Source of the DNA: Octopus sinensis
Taxonomy: Eukaryota
NCBI RefSeq assembly: GCF_006345805.1
Contig: NC_043001.1
Location: forward strand, 122,574,001 to 122,638,000
Direction: 5' to 3'
Length of the DNA stretch: 64,000 nt
The notes below the pieces were generated by a model, which worked only from the letters and a program-made list of their open reading frames with translations, was not told the DNA's origin and did no database searches. Of this stretch, positions 54,316 to 62,648 are shown piece by piece. The first letter of the stretch is position 1; the number at the start of each line of letters is the position of its first letter. The position numbers and the translations under genes are program-made.

Positions 54316-56894
54316 TTATTTCTCTCTCTCTTTCTCTCACTTTCTCTCTCACTTTCTCTCTCACTTTCTCTCTCACTTTCTCTCTCTCTTCTCTCTCCTC
54401 TCTCTTTCTCTCTCTCTCTCTCTCTTCTCTTTCTCTCTCTCTCTCTTCTCTCTCTCTCTCTTTCTCTATCTCTCTCTCTCTTTCTCTCTCTCTCCTCTCT
54501 CCCCCCCTCTCTCTGTGTAGGAGTGCAGGCTTGGCTGTGTGGTAAAGACAGTTGTTTCCCACCCATGCAGTCTCAGGTTCAGTCTCGCTGTATGGCACAT
54601 AGAATGAGTATCTTCTGCTATAACCCTAGGTCAACCAGAACCTTGAAATAGGATTTGGTAGAAAGAAACTAAAAGAAGCCCATTGTATGTACGTACATGT
54701 GTGCATGAGTTCCATTGTCTTGACATTACATTTCTGATTGTAAATGCCATCATGCAAGTGATGCTTTGTTTCCACTCTTCAGTGAAAAACATGTCTGGCC
54801 ATGTAGAAAGACTAACTTGCTTGGAAATAGGTAAGGTTTGGTGGCAGTTTAAACTCAGACTCTAATGTTTGTTTTAAAAAAATACTTTAACAGAAATAAC
54901 AAGACACTACAACATGATGTAACAACTTCAGTTATCTCTCTCTATATATAAAGCTGAAGTTGTCTGTGTGTGGCAGGTTAGGTAGCCTTCAACTAACACT
55001 ATCTCCTCCGAGACCCTGCAGGTGTAAGTTGACTAAAATTGAGAGTATGATAGAAGAAGGCTTGCTCTTCCTTCTGCAGAAGAAAAAAATTCAAATCCGA
55101 CTATGTTAGCACCAAAAATTATTTACATCAAAAAGGTGCTTTTTTTCTATGAAAATTCCTATTTTTCACGATTTTTTGACTGCCGTGTTGCCATTTTTTG
55201 GTGTATTTCAACCAGAAAAATGTTCACTTAAAGAGAATAACAAGCTGCATAATGCAAAATTTTTATTTTTCAAAAATTCCAATTCTAAAGGGTCAAAACA
55301 AACCCAAGCAACGCCGGGTGATACTGCTAGTATAAATATATTTACACAGGTTGAGAAAAAATTGAAAATGTTCTCTGAAGTTTTAGAAATGCCTTCAGAA
55401 TGAATTGCAATTGTGTCTTGTACAAAGTTCAATAGTACAGTATTGCTGCCTTTCAGTTGGCTAAAACCATGTAAAAGTCTATATTCTTTTACTTGTTTTA
55501 GTCATTTGACTGCAGCCATGCTGGAGCACCACCTTTAAGTCAAACAAATTGACCTCAGAACTTACTCTTTGTAAGCCTAGTACTTATTCTGTTGGACATT
55601 TTGCTGAACCACTAAATTACAATGACGTAGACACACCATCAGTTGTCATGCAATGGTGGATACATGCGCACGCACACACACACACACACACACACAGATA
55701 CATGACTGGCTTCTTCCAGTTTTCTGTCTACCAAATCCACTCACAAGGCTTTGGTTGGCCTGAAAGTTATAGTAAAAGACATTTGCCCATGCAGTGGGAT
55801 TAAACCAGGAACCATGTAGTTGGGAAGCAAATTTCTTACCACACAGCCATGCCTGGAATAGAGGAAATTGTGCAAAATCCTTCCAGATGGGTTGTGCCTG
55901 TTCCTAGCAGGTAGATTCAACTTGCTCCTCAATTTATAACCTCCATCTGGCCATAGCATTTAGACCAGATATCATCATCATCATCATTTAACGTCTGTTT
56001 TCCCCGCTAGCATGGGTTGGACGGTTCAACCGGGGTCTGGGAAGCCAGAAGGCTGCACCAGGCTCCAGTCTTATCTGGCAGTGTTTCTACAGTTGGATGC
56101 CCTTCCTAATGCCAACCACTCCGTCAGTGTAGTGGGTGCTTTTTACGTGTCAGGCGAGGCTGGCAATGGCCATGATCGGCTGGTGCTTTTTATGTGCCAC
56201 CGGCACGGAAGCTGGTCAAGGCAGTGCTGGCATCGGCTACGTTCGGATGGTCCTTTTTACGTGCCACTGGCACAGAATTGTGGTCTGGAAATATCTCTGT
56301 CCCTTAATCCTACCATTCTTTGAGCCCACAAGTAATATGTAATACTTTTCCTTCTTTAGCTATATAAGAAAGGAAAATTATAAGCACAGGCATGGCTGTG
56401 TGGTTAAGAAGCTTGCTTTGTAATCACAAGGTCTTGTTCAGTCTAACTGCATGGCATCTTGGGCCTACTTCTATAGCCCTAGGCCATGTGAGTGAACTTG
56501 ATAGACAGAAACCGGGTAGTAGCCTGTTGTACATGTCTGTAACATAGCAGTTCAGTGAAAGTCTAGTACAGTAAATGCCAGATTTAAAAAAAAAAATGTA
56601 TTGGGGTTGAAAAGACATTTAAGTGACAATTATTTTTCTTTTTTTTTCCTAGATGCAAGATGACACACACAAAGATAACATTGAAGATCACATCCCGAGG
56701 ATAAAAAGAGTCTGCTTTGGTTTCTTACACCTCGGGAAGCCGCATCATATTTGATCAAAGGAGACTATTCTTCTATAAATGACGTAGAAAATCCCAGTTC
56801 AAGCGATATGGTCTTTCTACCTCGAACCCTATCTCAGAGAAAACTTAGCATTGACCCAGTCTACCTAAAATCTTGTGAAGCCTTACACAAGTGA
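12617..56894 (+). CDS. Spliced gene (~20 coding exons): PLP-dependent class-V aminotransferase, SufS/CsdB-like (group II) cysteine desulfurase family, ~591 aa as read or ~638 aa if the last-exon frameshift is corrected
   Basis: Exons join with compatible phases and AG acceptors into a continuous ORF with class-V motifs in the expected order: YCDFTASGR, YGNTHT, IFTGNGCTGAIHKL, GPYEHYSN, SAASNVTG, WDYATSAPY, SPHK (PLP lysine), EEGGTP, RGGCACA (catalytic Cys loop), RPGFVRLNLPY. Not called NFS1, whose Cys loop is of the group I SSGSAC type. Confidence 0.93.
15223..15304. repeat. Exact 37-bp tandem duplication (2.2 units)
   Basis: taatttggaaccctttttgatattggtgccatttcct x2 plus taatttgg. Confidence 0.95.
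15450..15680 (-). mobile_element. tRNA-headed SINE family D with a 3' hammerhead-like motif; second copy at ~36105-36366
   Basis: Minus strand: tagtggttaagagcg..gagttcgattccaggc head (clearest in the 36105 copy) ... acac ctaatga a ggctg..cagcc gaaa. Confidence 0.7.
19046..19265. mobile_element. piggyBac-like MITE (TTAA|CCCT...AGGG|TTAA)
   Basis: Termini ttaaccctttagc / ctaaagggttaa; related ends at ~14328 and ~40090. Confidence 0.65.
19804..20017. mobile_element. piggyBac-like MITE, second family
   Basis: ttaa|ccctttcattacc...gtaacaaaaggg|ttaa; same interior as 45104-45547. Confidence 0.75.
20390..20745 (+). mobile_element. Second 3' fragment of the same CR1-type LINE
   Basis: Shares catgactttcggaaacattttttcac...gatgagttgtagtgcacctgagcact with 42250-42440. 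A tail-only piece also lies at ~33978-34032. Confidence 0.85.
21065..21188 (+). CDS. Exon: FFLPVESKYTGKYLDVLLFKYINDSIIGKDLTVQGPYGPVK
   Basis: tttatttctag acceptor (alternative acceptor tacag at 21095 possible), A|gtaagg donor. IIGKD..GPYG is the family N-terminal motif. Confidence 0.85.
22541..22571 (+). CDS. Exon: (I)VYCDFTASG(R)
   Basis: tttttcag acceptor, CG|gtaagt donor, phase 1 to 2, class-V Y.D..AS motif. Confidence 0.92.
24452..24568 (+). CDS. Exon: CLTFIEDYIRQYVMPFYGNTHTTTSINSRQTTLFRDDA(R)
   Basis: ctcacag acceptor, AG|gttagt donor, YGNTH motif. Confidence 0.95.
25362..25612 (-). mobile_element. RTE-type LINE 3' fragment (family 2)
   Basis: Near-identical to 32797-33043; (GAT)n tail. 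Confidence 0.8.
25739..25871 (+). CDS. Exon: NIIKECVNASNDDVVIFTGNGCTGAIHKLIGGLNLKNSPSLKKT
   Basis: ttaacag acceptor, ACT|gtaagt donor, IFTG.G.T motif. Confidence 0.95.
26497..26641. mobile_element. Hairpin/MITE-like insert, 58-bp arms and 29-nt loop
   Basis: aagggtgtctttactcactggc...gccag / ctggtg...gccagtgagtaaagacaccctt, 5 mismatches. Confidence 0.8.
27837..27902 (+). CDS. Exon: VAIIGPYEHYSNMLPWMELGVP
   Basis: ttacag acceptor, CCA|gtgagt donor, EH.SN.LPW motif. Confidence 0.95.
27966..28339 (+). mobile_element. Non-autonomous Helitron-like element
   Basis: Inserted A|TC...CTAG|T; 5' TCTCTCTCTATATAAA; 3' GC-rich gcaacgccgggcgatactgctag end. Confidence 0.7.
29767..29832 (+). CDS. Exon: ICRVKETNHGLIDMDHLEQELK
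   Basis: ttttgtag acceptor, AAG|gtttga donor, phase 0/0, G.ID...L motif. Confidence 0.88.
30988..31030 (+). ncRNA. Minimal (Penelope-type) type I hammerhead ribozyme remnant
   Basis: tccaaa-CTGAAGA-cgag caatga ctca-GAAA-c ta g-TC-tctgga: intact core, palindromic CTAG stem III, GUC site, one mismatch each in stems I and II. Confidence 0.55.
32797..33043 (-). mobile_element. RTE-type LINE 3' fragment (family 2)
   Basis: LVKGRRVQFAGHCCRAENE..GRTLSYPDVISRDTG..AMMDREVWR; (GAT)n tail. Confidence 0.8.
33200..33341 (+). CDS. Exon: KWSKKSFDIIVAFSAASNVTGIVTDTENVAKLVHKYGGLSFWDYATS(A); followed by a GC donor
   Basis: tttacag acceptor; SAASNVTG and WDYA motifs; CAG|gcatgt donor restores DYATSAPY with the next exon. 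Confidence 0.93.
35388..35430 (+). CDS. Exon: PYVDIDMNPQGET(A)
   Basis: taaacag acceptor, GC|gtaagt donor, APYV.IDMNP motif. Confidence 0.93.
35839..35897 (+). CDS. Exon: YKDAVYLSPHKFVGGPGTP(G), PLP-binding lysine at 35870-35872
   Basis: tatttaag acceptor, G|gtaagt donor, S.HK..GP.G class-V signature. Confidence 0.96.
36928..37001 (+). CDS. Exon: LLIAKTKLFKNPVPDSVGGGTALF
   Basis: tttacag acceptor, TTT|gtaagt donor, GGGT motif. Confidence 0.95.
37645..37755 (+). CDS. Exon: VTRDTHLYLKDIESREEGGTPGIIETIRAGLIFQLKR
   Basis: ctttctgaaag acceptor, EEGGTP motif. The donor AGG|gttttt is weak but the only in-phase GT before an in-frame stop. Confidence 0.92.
38558..38984. mobile_element. Second copy of the 4957 MITE
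   Basis: Collinear with 4957-5382; flanks tggggct/cggggct. Confidence 0.85.
39194..39240 (+). CDS. Exon: SVGTDNIGLRDEDLC(S)
   Basis: gttacag acceptor, TC|gtgagt donor; phases 0/2 bridge the flanking exons exactly. Confidence 0.88.
40295..40499 (+). CDS. Exon: RAFKKWEKNKNLIILGSHSSKRLPIFSFIVKHEDGKKLLHHNFVSAVLNDMYGIQARGGCACAGPYAI (catalytic Cys loop)
   Basis: tttttcag acceptor, ATA|gtatgt donor. RGGCACA aligns to the SufS R.GHHCA loop; predicted catalytic Cys codon at 40479-40481. Confidence 0.97.
40680..41090 (+). mobile_element. RTE-tail-like short element family E ending in (GAT)n. Other copies at ~14130-14255, 31760-32010(-), 32110-32405, 34445-34575(-), 38105-38240, 49790-50115, 55970-56275(-)
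   Basis: Shared ggaagggcatccagctgtagaaac...ccaacccatgctagcatggaaagcggacgttaaacgatgatgat; internal gtgccac(t/c)ggcac..aaaagcacc repeats. Confidence 0.82.
41253..43481. repeat. Long inverted repeat: arms 41253-41596 and 42886-43481 (right arm interrupted by a SINE at 43141-43372)
   Basis: For example gccaatggtcctgatagtg / cactatcaggaccattggc and ggctaggtgtttgccttgagg / cctcaaggcaaacacctagcc; collinear over ~340 bp. Confidence 0.9.
41597..42490 (+). mobile_element. 5'-truncated CR1/L2-clade LINE (RT C-terminal half, ORF 41668-42393, 3' UTR, (TAT)n tail)
   Basis: LQSDLDTMQQW..WQLKLAVDKC..ERDLGI..LYTAMVRPHLEFASSVWNP..LESVQRRATK..RKHFFTLRVAEAWNKLP motifs. Confidence 0.93.
43699..43930. mobile_element. 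Palindromic MITE-like element, ~99-bp arms and 34-nt spacer
   Basis: Arms 43699-43797 and 43832-43930 are reverse complements with about 3 mismatches. Confidence 0.88.
44059..44126 (+). CDS. Exon: DLLGISEELFAKFSWFLKDHED(L)
   Basis: tatttcag acceptor, TT|gtaagt donor, DLLGI continues the GPYA motif. Confidence 0.93.
45104..45547. mobile_element. Two adjacent piggyBac-like MITE copies (45104-45325, 45346-45547)
   Basis: Each has CCCT/AGGG termini at TTAA-like sites and the shared interior gtacaaatgtcttgttttcat...ttagtcacaatttatgttcctaac. Confidence 0.78.
45878..46092. repeat. 20-bp minisatellite (ctactcacaagactccaagg), ~11 units
   Basis: Direct reading; bracketed by duplicated ttatagaaaagctataag. 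Confidence 0.95.
47079..47126 (+). CDS. Micro-exon: ETGCKKCETTTLEIM(R)
   Basis: tatttcag acceptor, AG|gtaaga donor, 48 nt, phase 2/2; leads into the EI(M)RPGF motif. Confidence 0.85.
48817..49405 (+). repeat. Head-to-tail multimer (3 units) of SINE family A
   Basis: One head followed by repeated gtatttcgtctgcc...aaagaaatag units. Confidence 0.9.
49518..49629 (+). CDS. Exon: PGFVRLNLPYFYDDQTIDYIIDAVDTVATHAWKFLPY
   Basis: cccaacag acceptor, TAT|gtaagt donor, RPGF.RL motif. Confidence 0.96.
51362..51570. repeat. 19-bp CpG-rich minisatellite (gtcgtcgacttcgatcttg), ~11 units
   Basis: Direct reading. Confidence 0.95.
51647..51805 (+). CDS. Exon: YNCNAHKGSWTHEKFSSQFGEAFFNLEDIAYEYGTFVNKNKYPTSLDINYDLK
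   Basis: cttcttcacag acceptor, AAG|gtaatt donor, open phase 0/0; Y.....G.W.H motif recalled for this family. Confidence 0.88.
52239..52565 (-). mobile_element. RTE-clade LINE 3' fragment
   Basis: LRWFGHACRRP..KRAGRQLKTW..IKEDL..LAQDRHVW; (CAAGTA)n-type tail. Confidence 0.85.
52867..53195 (-). mobile_element. RTE-clade LINE 3' fragment, second copy of the 52239 family
   Basis: Clear nucleotide similarity to 52250-52540; GELSRDFLLPTPLPNW..QDHRAWAAMVRD. Confidence 0.85.
53595..53648 (+). CDS. Exon: DIANDMKIIINSTEKLLA
   Basis: ctccttccag acceptor, GCG|gtttgt donor, phase 0/0; weak sequence conservation. Confidence 0.7.
53884..54512. repeat. (CT)n/(CTTT)n polypyrimidine microsatellite
   Basis: Direct reading. 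Confidence 0.97.
54935..55330 (+). mobile_element. Non-autonomous Helitron-like element (same termini, different interior)
   Basis: A|TCTCTCTCTATATATAAAG ... gcaacgccgggtgatactgCTAG|T. Confidence 0.7.
56653..56894 (+). CDS. Terminal exon with apparent frameshift: MQDDTHKDNIEDHIP/EDKKSLLWFLTPREAASYLIKG...CEALHK*
   Basis: Long T-tract cctag acceptor. The in-phase frame stops at 56752-56754, while the family-like LLWFLTPREAA lies in another frame that is open 56685-56894. Confidence 0.7.
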
Positions 56895-56969
56895 AGTAAT
56901 TGTCTTGGCTTTTCTGGTTTTATCGAGAGAAGAGCAAATCTGAAAGTATTACAAATGGAAAACTAGTTA

Positions 56970-57190
56970 AAACTAAATGCCATGGTTATAATTCCTTAAC
57001 TCGTTAGTAGAACAACAATAACCTTCAGATATACTACCACATATAATGGTTTATTCACTGCATGTTATATACTATTTCATGATTAAAACTAAATACCACG
57101 ACTATAATTCCTTAACTCATTAGAACAACAATGGTCTTCAGATATGCTTCCACGTGTAACGTTTTTCTTGCTGCATGTTATACTATATCA
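56970..57190. repeat. ~115-bp diverged tandem duplication in the presumed 3' UTR
   Basis: aaaactaaat..ataattccttaactc..agaacaacaat..cttcagatat..ctgcatgttatatactat occurs twice. Confidence 0.85.
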
Positions 57191-57277
57191 TATATCTTTA
57201 TCATTAAAAAAATTGCTTTTAAATATTTTCATAATTGTGATTTAATCAAATAAGAGGAAAAGAAACTTTGAAAATGC

Positions 57278-57341
<64 letters not shown>

Positions 57342-57484
57342 CACATATACACACACACACACACAATATATATACACACACACACACACACACATATATA
57401 CACACACACACATACACACACACACACACATATATACATATATATATATATACAATATATATACATATATATATACACATATAT

Positions 57485-57530
<46 letters not shown>
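57278..57530. repeat. (TA)n/(CA)n compound microsatellite
   Basis: Direct reading. Confidence 0.97.
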
Positions 57531-57536
<6 letters not shown>

Positions 57537-58270
57537 CTGGTGAAGTTGTCTTAGTTTTCTGATATATTTTATATTGAAAAGGTTTTTTTAAGTATATACG
57601 ACATTTACTATTTATGCTGTCTATTGAATTTTTATCTTTCTGTGTATCTTAATTCTTGTTGTATAATTCTAATATCTGTTTATAATCATTCGTTTTTATA
57701 CTTTAGTCTTGTGAAATGAACCGATTCAGTATTTTACCATTCTATTATATAAAGTCAGCCCTTCTCCACACATGTTTTTCTTGTTTTTTTTTTCTGGTCC
57801 TTCCTCAATTATGATGAGGGTTCCAGTTGATCTAATTAACTGAATAACCTGCTCGTGAAATTAACATGCAAGTGTCTGAGCACTCCACAGACATGCATAC
57901 CCTTAATGTAGTTCTCAGCCTTTCATACTGAATGCTCCTATGACACGACTGGTCCTTTGAAATAGAAGTATTACTCATTTTTGCCAGCTGGATAGACTGG
58001 AGCAACATGAAACGGGGTCCTTCTGAAGGACAATGTGCCACCGGGAATCGAAACCATGACCTTGCAATGAGGAGACAAAAACCTTAATCACTAAGCTACA
58101 TGCTAACATGTACACCAACATGTATTTTCCCAAAGAAGTACATGGCTAATTTAAGCTTTATAGTCATCAATATCCTGGACAATACTCAGTATGTGTCTAT
58201 AACATAATCAGAAATGCAAGTGTTTATTCTTTATAGTTTCAGTTCCATATATTTTTGAATCAAAGGAGGA

Positions 58271-59221
58271 ATGGGACGTAGAAAATGCCTTAACGATGAA
58301 GAAAAAGTTTGTCATCACCAAGGAAAGTGTTAAAGGCACCTCTCTTCATGTCATTGTGGAGAAGTTAGGTTGTCATGTGGACACGGTTAGACGATGCTTC
58401 GATTGTGGGACCTCCAAAACTGTGACAGCTAGGAATTTAAGGATTATTGGCTGCAAGTTATGTGGGAAACCTGGGCAAAGAAGGAAAGTCATTTTCATCG
58501 CCTTCAGGCTTCATGTACCGAAAACCACCAGAAATTGCATCATCGGGACCATGGCTTCCGAGCCAGAACCTCTGAAACTGCCTCCTTTAACGTTCCGTCA
58601 CAGGAGTTTGAGGCTTCAATGGGCCCAAAAGTACATGGCGTTAGACACGAGTTGTATTCTGTTCACTGACAAAACTAGGATGACCCCCCGACAGACCTGA
58701 CGGCAAGGAAAATGGTTGGGTCTAATTTGGAGATGAGCGTCACCGACGTTTACGATGTCAACAATAGGGTGGAGGAGTGGTGTTGTGTTCTGGTATCATT
58801 GGGAACAGACTTGTTGGCCCAGTCAGGGTACCTGAAGGGATTAGAGTGACCACAGCCACCTACAGCAATCTTCTGAAGGAGGTTTTGGATCCCTGGCTAG
58901 ATGATATACTGCTGTCACTTCTAAGGAATCTCGTATTCATGCATAAACCACCCAAATATTACTAAGGTTTTATGGCATACAAGGTGAAAGGATGATGGTG
59001 TGGCTGCGAGCATCTCCGGATCTCAAGCCTATCGAAAATCTTTAGCCCATCATTAAACAAAATGTTTATGCTGATGAATGTCAATTTACGTCGGTCTTAA
59101 GGCTGACCATCAAAACTGCAGAAGACGCAGTCCAGCCTGCTACTATTAAGAAATTGGCAGATTCCATGACTAGTAGAGATTTTGAAATTATCAGCTGAAA
59201 TGGCACTCATGTGGCTAAATA
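58271..59221 (+). pseudogene. Decayed Tc1/mariner (IS630-Tc1-mariner DDE) transposase
   Basis: MGRRKCL..HTH (LGCHVDTVRR), WAQKY..ILFTDKTR, GGGVV..GIIG, LVFMH, SPDLKPIEN motifs broken by frameshifts and stops. TIRs not identified. Confidence 0.88.
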
Positions 59222-60629
59222 ATTCATTATGTCAATAAATGTTATAATATTATGATTTTCTGTTAAATATATAATCAATGTATGCTTAATATGTATCATT
59301 ACCCTTCATTTTCTGAAAAAAGTTCAGATGGGTAATTATCATTCAAAAGCTGATGGTGTGGTTTACCCCAAAAGTGAAGAATCTGAAATAAAAAAAAGAA
59401 AGGAAGAACGTTACACAATAATGAAAACATAACAATGGTGTTGCCATAATGTGCAAACCAGCTGGGAAAAGTTTTATCAAAAGCGATTCACAGAAAACCG
59501 AGAAATCCTAAATTTTACTCCTATGACATTAGCGTGGTTCTGGGCGTAGTTGTGGAGAATTAAGGGTTGCAAACGTAGCATTCATCTGGGACGAATACAA
59601 GAACCAAGAAATGTTACGAAATTCCAGCGAAGAGAGAATGATTACATATACACATATGATCAAAAGTTGGATAGTAGAAGTAAACATATTTGACTTTGAA
59701 CCACAGTAACTGAAAAGTTTTGCAAATAACCTGGGTATCAGCAAAGAAAATGGAATCTAAAGATTTGAGAATGTAACTGAGAGAGCAGAGCTGAAGTACA
59801 AAGCATGAGAGATACGAGTCTCGTAGAGGGAGAATATATTGTCTGCGTGTGATGGTTGGATTTACGTCGGACTGGGATTCATAATTGATGGGGGGAAAAG
59901 TGAGATGAGTGAGAACATCTTTTGGCAGATTTAACATAATTCTTTTGATATGCTTTCAAGATGTTTTGGTTTGTGGTAGGAAAAAACTACAATTCATGAG
60001 TTGTCTCTAATCATTACTTTGGTCCTTGAATGTGGCCCATCTGTATATCAGAAGTCTTGATAACTTGTGTTTGCTGGGGCAATAATCAAGAGAGAGAGAC
60101 CTTATGGGATTACTCTTTCTCCTACAGTTACTTAGTCCTCGTCTTTTCATTGTCTGGTTCTGGGCTTCCGTTGGGAAATATTTTCTTGCTATAGACAGTC
60201 ATGGCTGTATAGTAAAAAGCTTACTTCGCAACCACATGGCTTTGAGTTCGGTTCTGCTGTATGGGTTCCTTGGGCAAGTGTCATCTTGCTTAAGATCCTG
60301 TGAGTGTATCTGGTGTATGAAAATTGAATGGAAGCCCGTCGTAAATACGTATATGTGTGTGTGTCTTTGGGTTCGTCCTCCAACTGGTGCTGGTTTGTTT
60401 GCATCTTTGAAACGTAGCGGTTTGGCAAAGTAACTGATAAAATAAATACCAAACTGTTAAAAAGTAAATACTGGGGTCGATTTGTAAGATTAATATCCTT
60501 CAAAGTGATGCCCCAGCATGGCCGCAATCCAATAACTGAAAGAAACAAAAGATATGATACCCACTGACAAAAGACGACATCATGTATAAGAAACATTAGC
60601 GATACCCGACGCATCAAAAAATCATTTCT

Positions 60630-61480
60630 ACTCTAGGCACAAGGCGCAAAACTTTGTGGGAGGGGGCCAGTCGATTAGATCTACCTCAGTATGCAACTGG
60701 TACTTGATTTATCGACCCCGAAAAGATGAAAGGCAAAGTCGACCTCGGCTGAATTTGAACTCAGAATGTAACGACAGACGAAATACCTATTTTTTTACTC
60801 CCCACAAGGGGCTAAACACAGAGAGGACAAACAAGGACAGACACACGGATTAAGTCGACTATATCGACCCCAGTGCGTAACTGGTACTTATTTAATCGAC
60901 CCCGAAAGGATGAAAGGCAAAGTCGACCTCAGCGGAATTCGAACTCAGAACGTAACGGCAGACGAAATACGGCTACGCATTTCGCCCGGCGTGCTAACTT
61001 TTCTGCTAGCTCGCCGCCTTTTAAAATACCTATTTCTTTACTACCCACAAGGGGCTGCACACAGAGAGGACAGACACATGGATTAAGTCGACTATATCGA
61101 CCCCAGTGCGTAACTGGTACTTATTTAATCGACCCAGAAAGGATGAAAGGCAAAGTCGACCTCAGCGGAATTTGAACTCAGAACGTAGCGGCAGACGAAA
61201 TACCAATTTCTTTACTCCCCACAAGGGGCTAAACACAGAGGGAACAAACAAGGACAGACAAGCGGATTAAGTGGATTATATCGACCCAAGTGCGTAACTG
61301 GTACTTATTTTATCGACCCTGAAAGGATGAAAGGCAAAGTCGGCCTCGGCGGAATTTGAACTCAGAAGTAACGGCAGACGAAATACCTATTTCTTTACCA
61401 CCCACAAGGGGCTAAACGCAGACGAAATACGGCTACGCATTTCGCCCGGTGTGCTAACGTTTCTGCTAGCTTGTCGCCTT
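60630..61480 (-). repeat. Head-to-tail multimer (~4-5 units) of SINE family A
   Basis: Repeated gaaatacctatttctttact...gaactcagaacgtaacggcagac units, CpGs largely intact. Confidence 0.9.
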
Positions 61481-62350
61481 AAATTCCCATAAATACTATT
61501 AGTTAAATAGGTAAAACTGATTATTTAAGGAATCAACGAAGCGACACTTCAATCTACTATCAGCACCTCTCTCCGCTTTAACTGCTACTTATTACATCAT
61601 CTTCAGAAACTGAGATGTACAGATGGCCCCTAACAAAGAATTTGAAGTTATTAGTGAGAGATTGCTTTTATAATTATTTTCTTTTGCCAACTCACTGCCC
61701 TCACTTCGTTAATAATGGCTTCAAATTTCGATGAAAGAGCAGCAGGTTGAGGTGCATGGGAGGGGGATCGATTACATCGCCTCTGGTTTTTATTTTTATC
61801 GACTCCGGAAGGATAAAAGGCGAAGTGAACCTCGGCGGAATTTAAATCCAGAACGAAACGAGCAGGAAGAAATGATGCTCCACCGATTCTGCCAGTTTGC
61901 CGAATTGTACTTTGGTAAATGTTGAAAATACTGATTATGATGGTTCTTGAGGTAAGTCACAATTCCCAATTGAAGCCACTTGATGAAGAAAGACGTGAAC
62001 ATCACGGCATTCCATAACCTGACCCCTAGTAAATATAGAATATCATCGTTTCGCTGGCTTTAACGTTCTGAGATCAAATCCTGCCGAAGTCGACTTTGCC
62101 GTTCATCCTTTCGTGGTTGAGGAAAAATGTGCCAGTCGACCCCGGAGGTCGGTGTTATCGACTTACCTCTCGCTCCCTGCCACCAAACCCCAGGCCTTGA
62201 AGAAATGATTATTCATAGTTTTTTTTCTCGGTAAGACGTTAACCTTTTGAATGTGAATAAATAAATAAAATAGGCTGTGCGACACCACATGGTTTCGGTT
62301 TCAGTCTCACTGCGCGGCAGATGTCTTCTACAATAACCTTGGGTCGACCA

Positions 62351-62441
62351 ATGCTGCCTGAGTGAATTTGATACATGTGTGGGACTCGTCGTGTAAATAC
62401 ATATATGTATGTGTGTATGTATACATACATACCCCCCCCCC

Positions 62442-62488
<47 letters not shown>

Positions 62489-62648
62489 ATACATACACAC
62501 ATATGTATTTACACGATGAGTCCCACACATGTATCAAATTCACTCAGGCAGCATTATATATATATATATGTGTGTGTGTATACATACACACATATGTATT
62601 TACACGATGAGTCCCACACATGTATCAAATTCACTCAGGCAGCATTAT
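62351..62648. repeat. 55-bp unit present once inverted and twice in tandem; another copy at 63945-64000
   Basis: aatgctgcctgagtgaatttgatacatgtgtgggactc vs gagtcccacacatgtatcaaattcactcaggcagcatt. Confidence 0.9.

Noticed and set aside
53973-54598. Arg/Glu-rich ORFs
   Set aside because: Antisense reading of the (CT)n tract.
56750-56756. Selenocysteine or readthrough at the TGA
   Set aside because: No SECIS seen, and readthrough would not reach the conserved frame; a frameshift explains the data better.
12617-56894. Bacterial contamination or recent horizontal transfer of sufS; the symbol NFS1
   Set aside because: About 19 spliceosomal introns filled with host repeats; the catalytic loop is not NFS1-type, so no symbol was assigned.
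59520-59940. Minus-strand ORFs of 71 and 107 aa
   Set aside because: No motifs or splice-compatible partner exons recognised.
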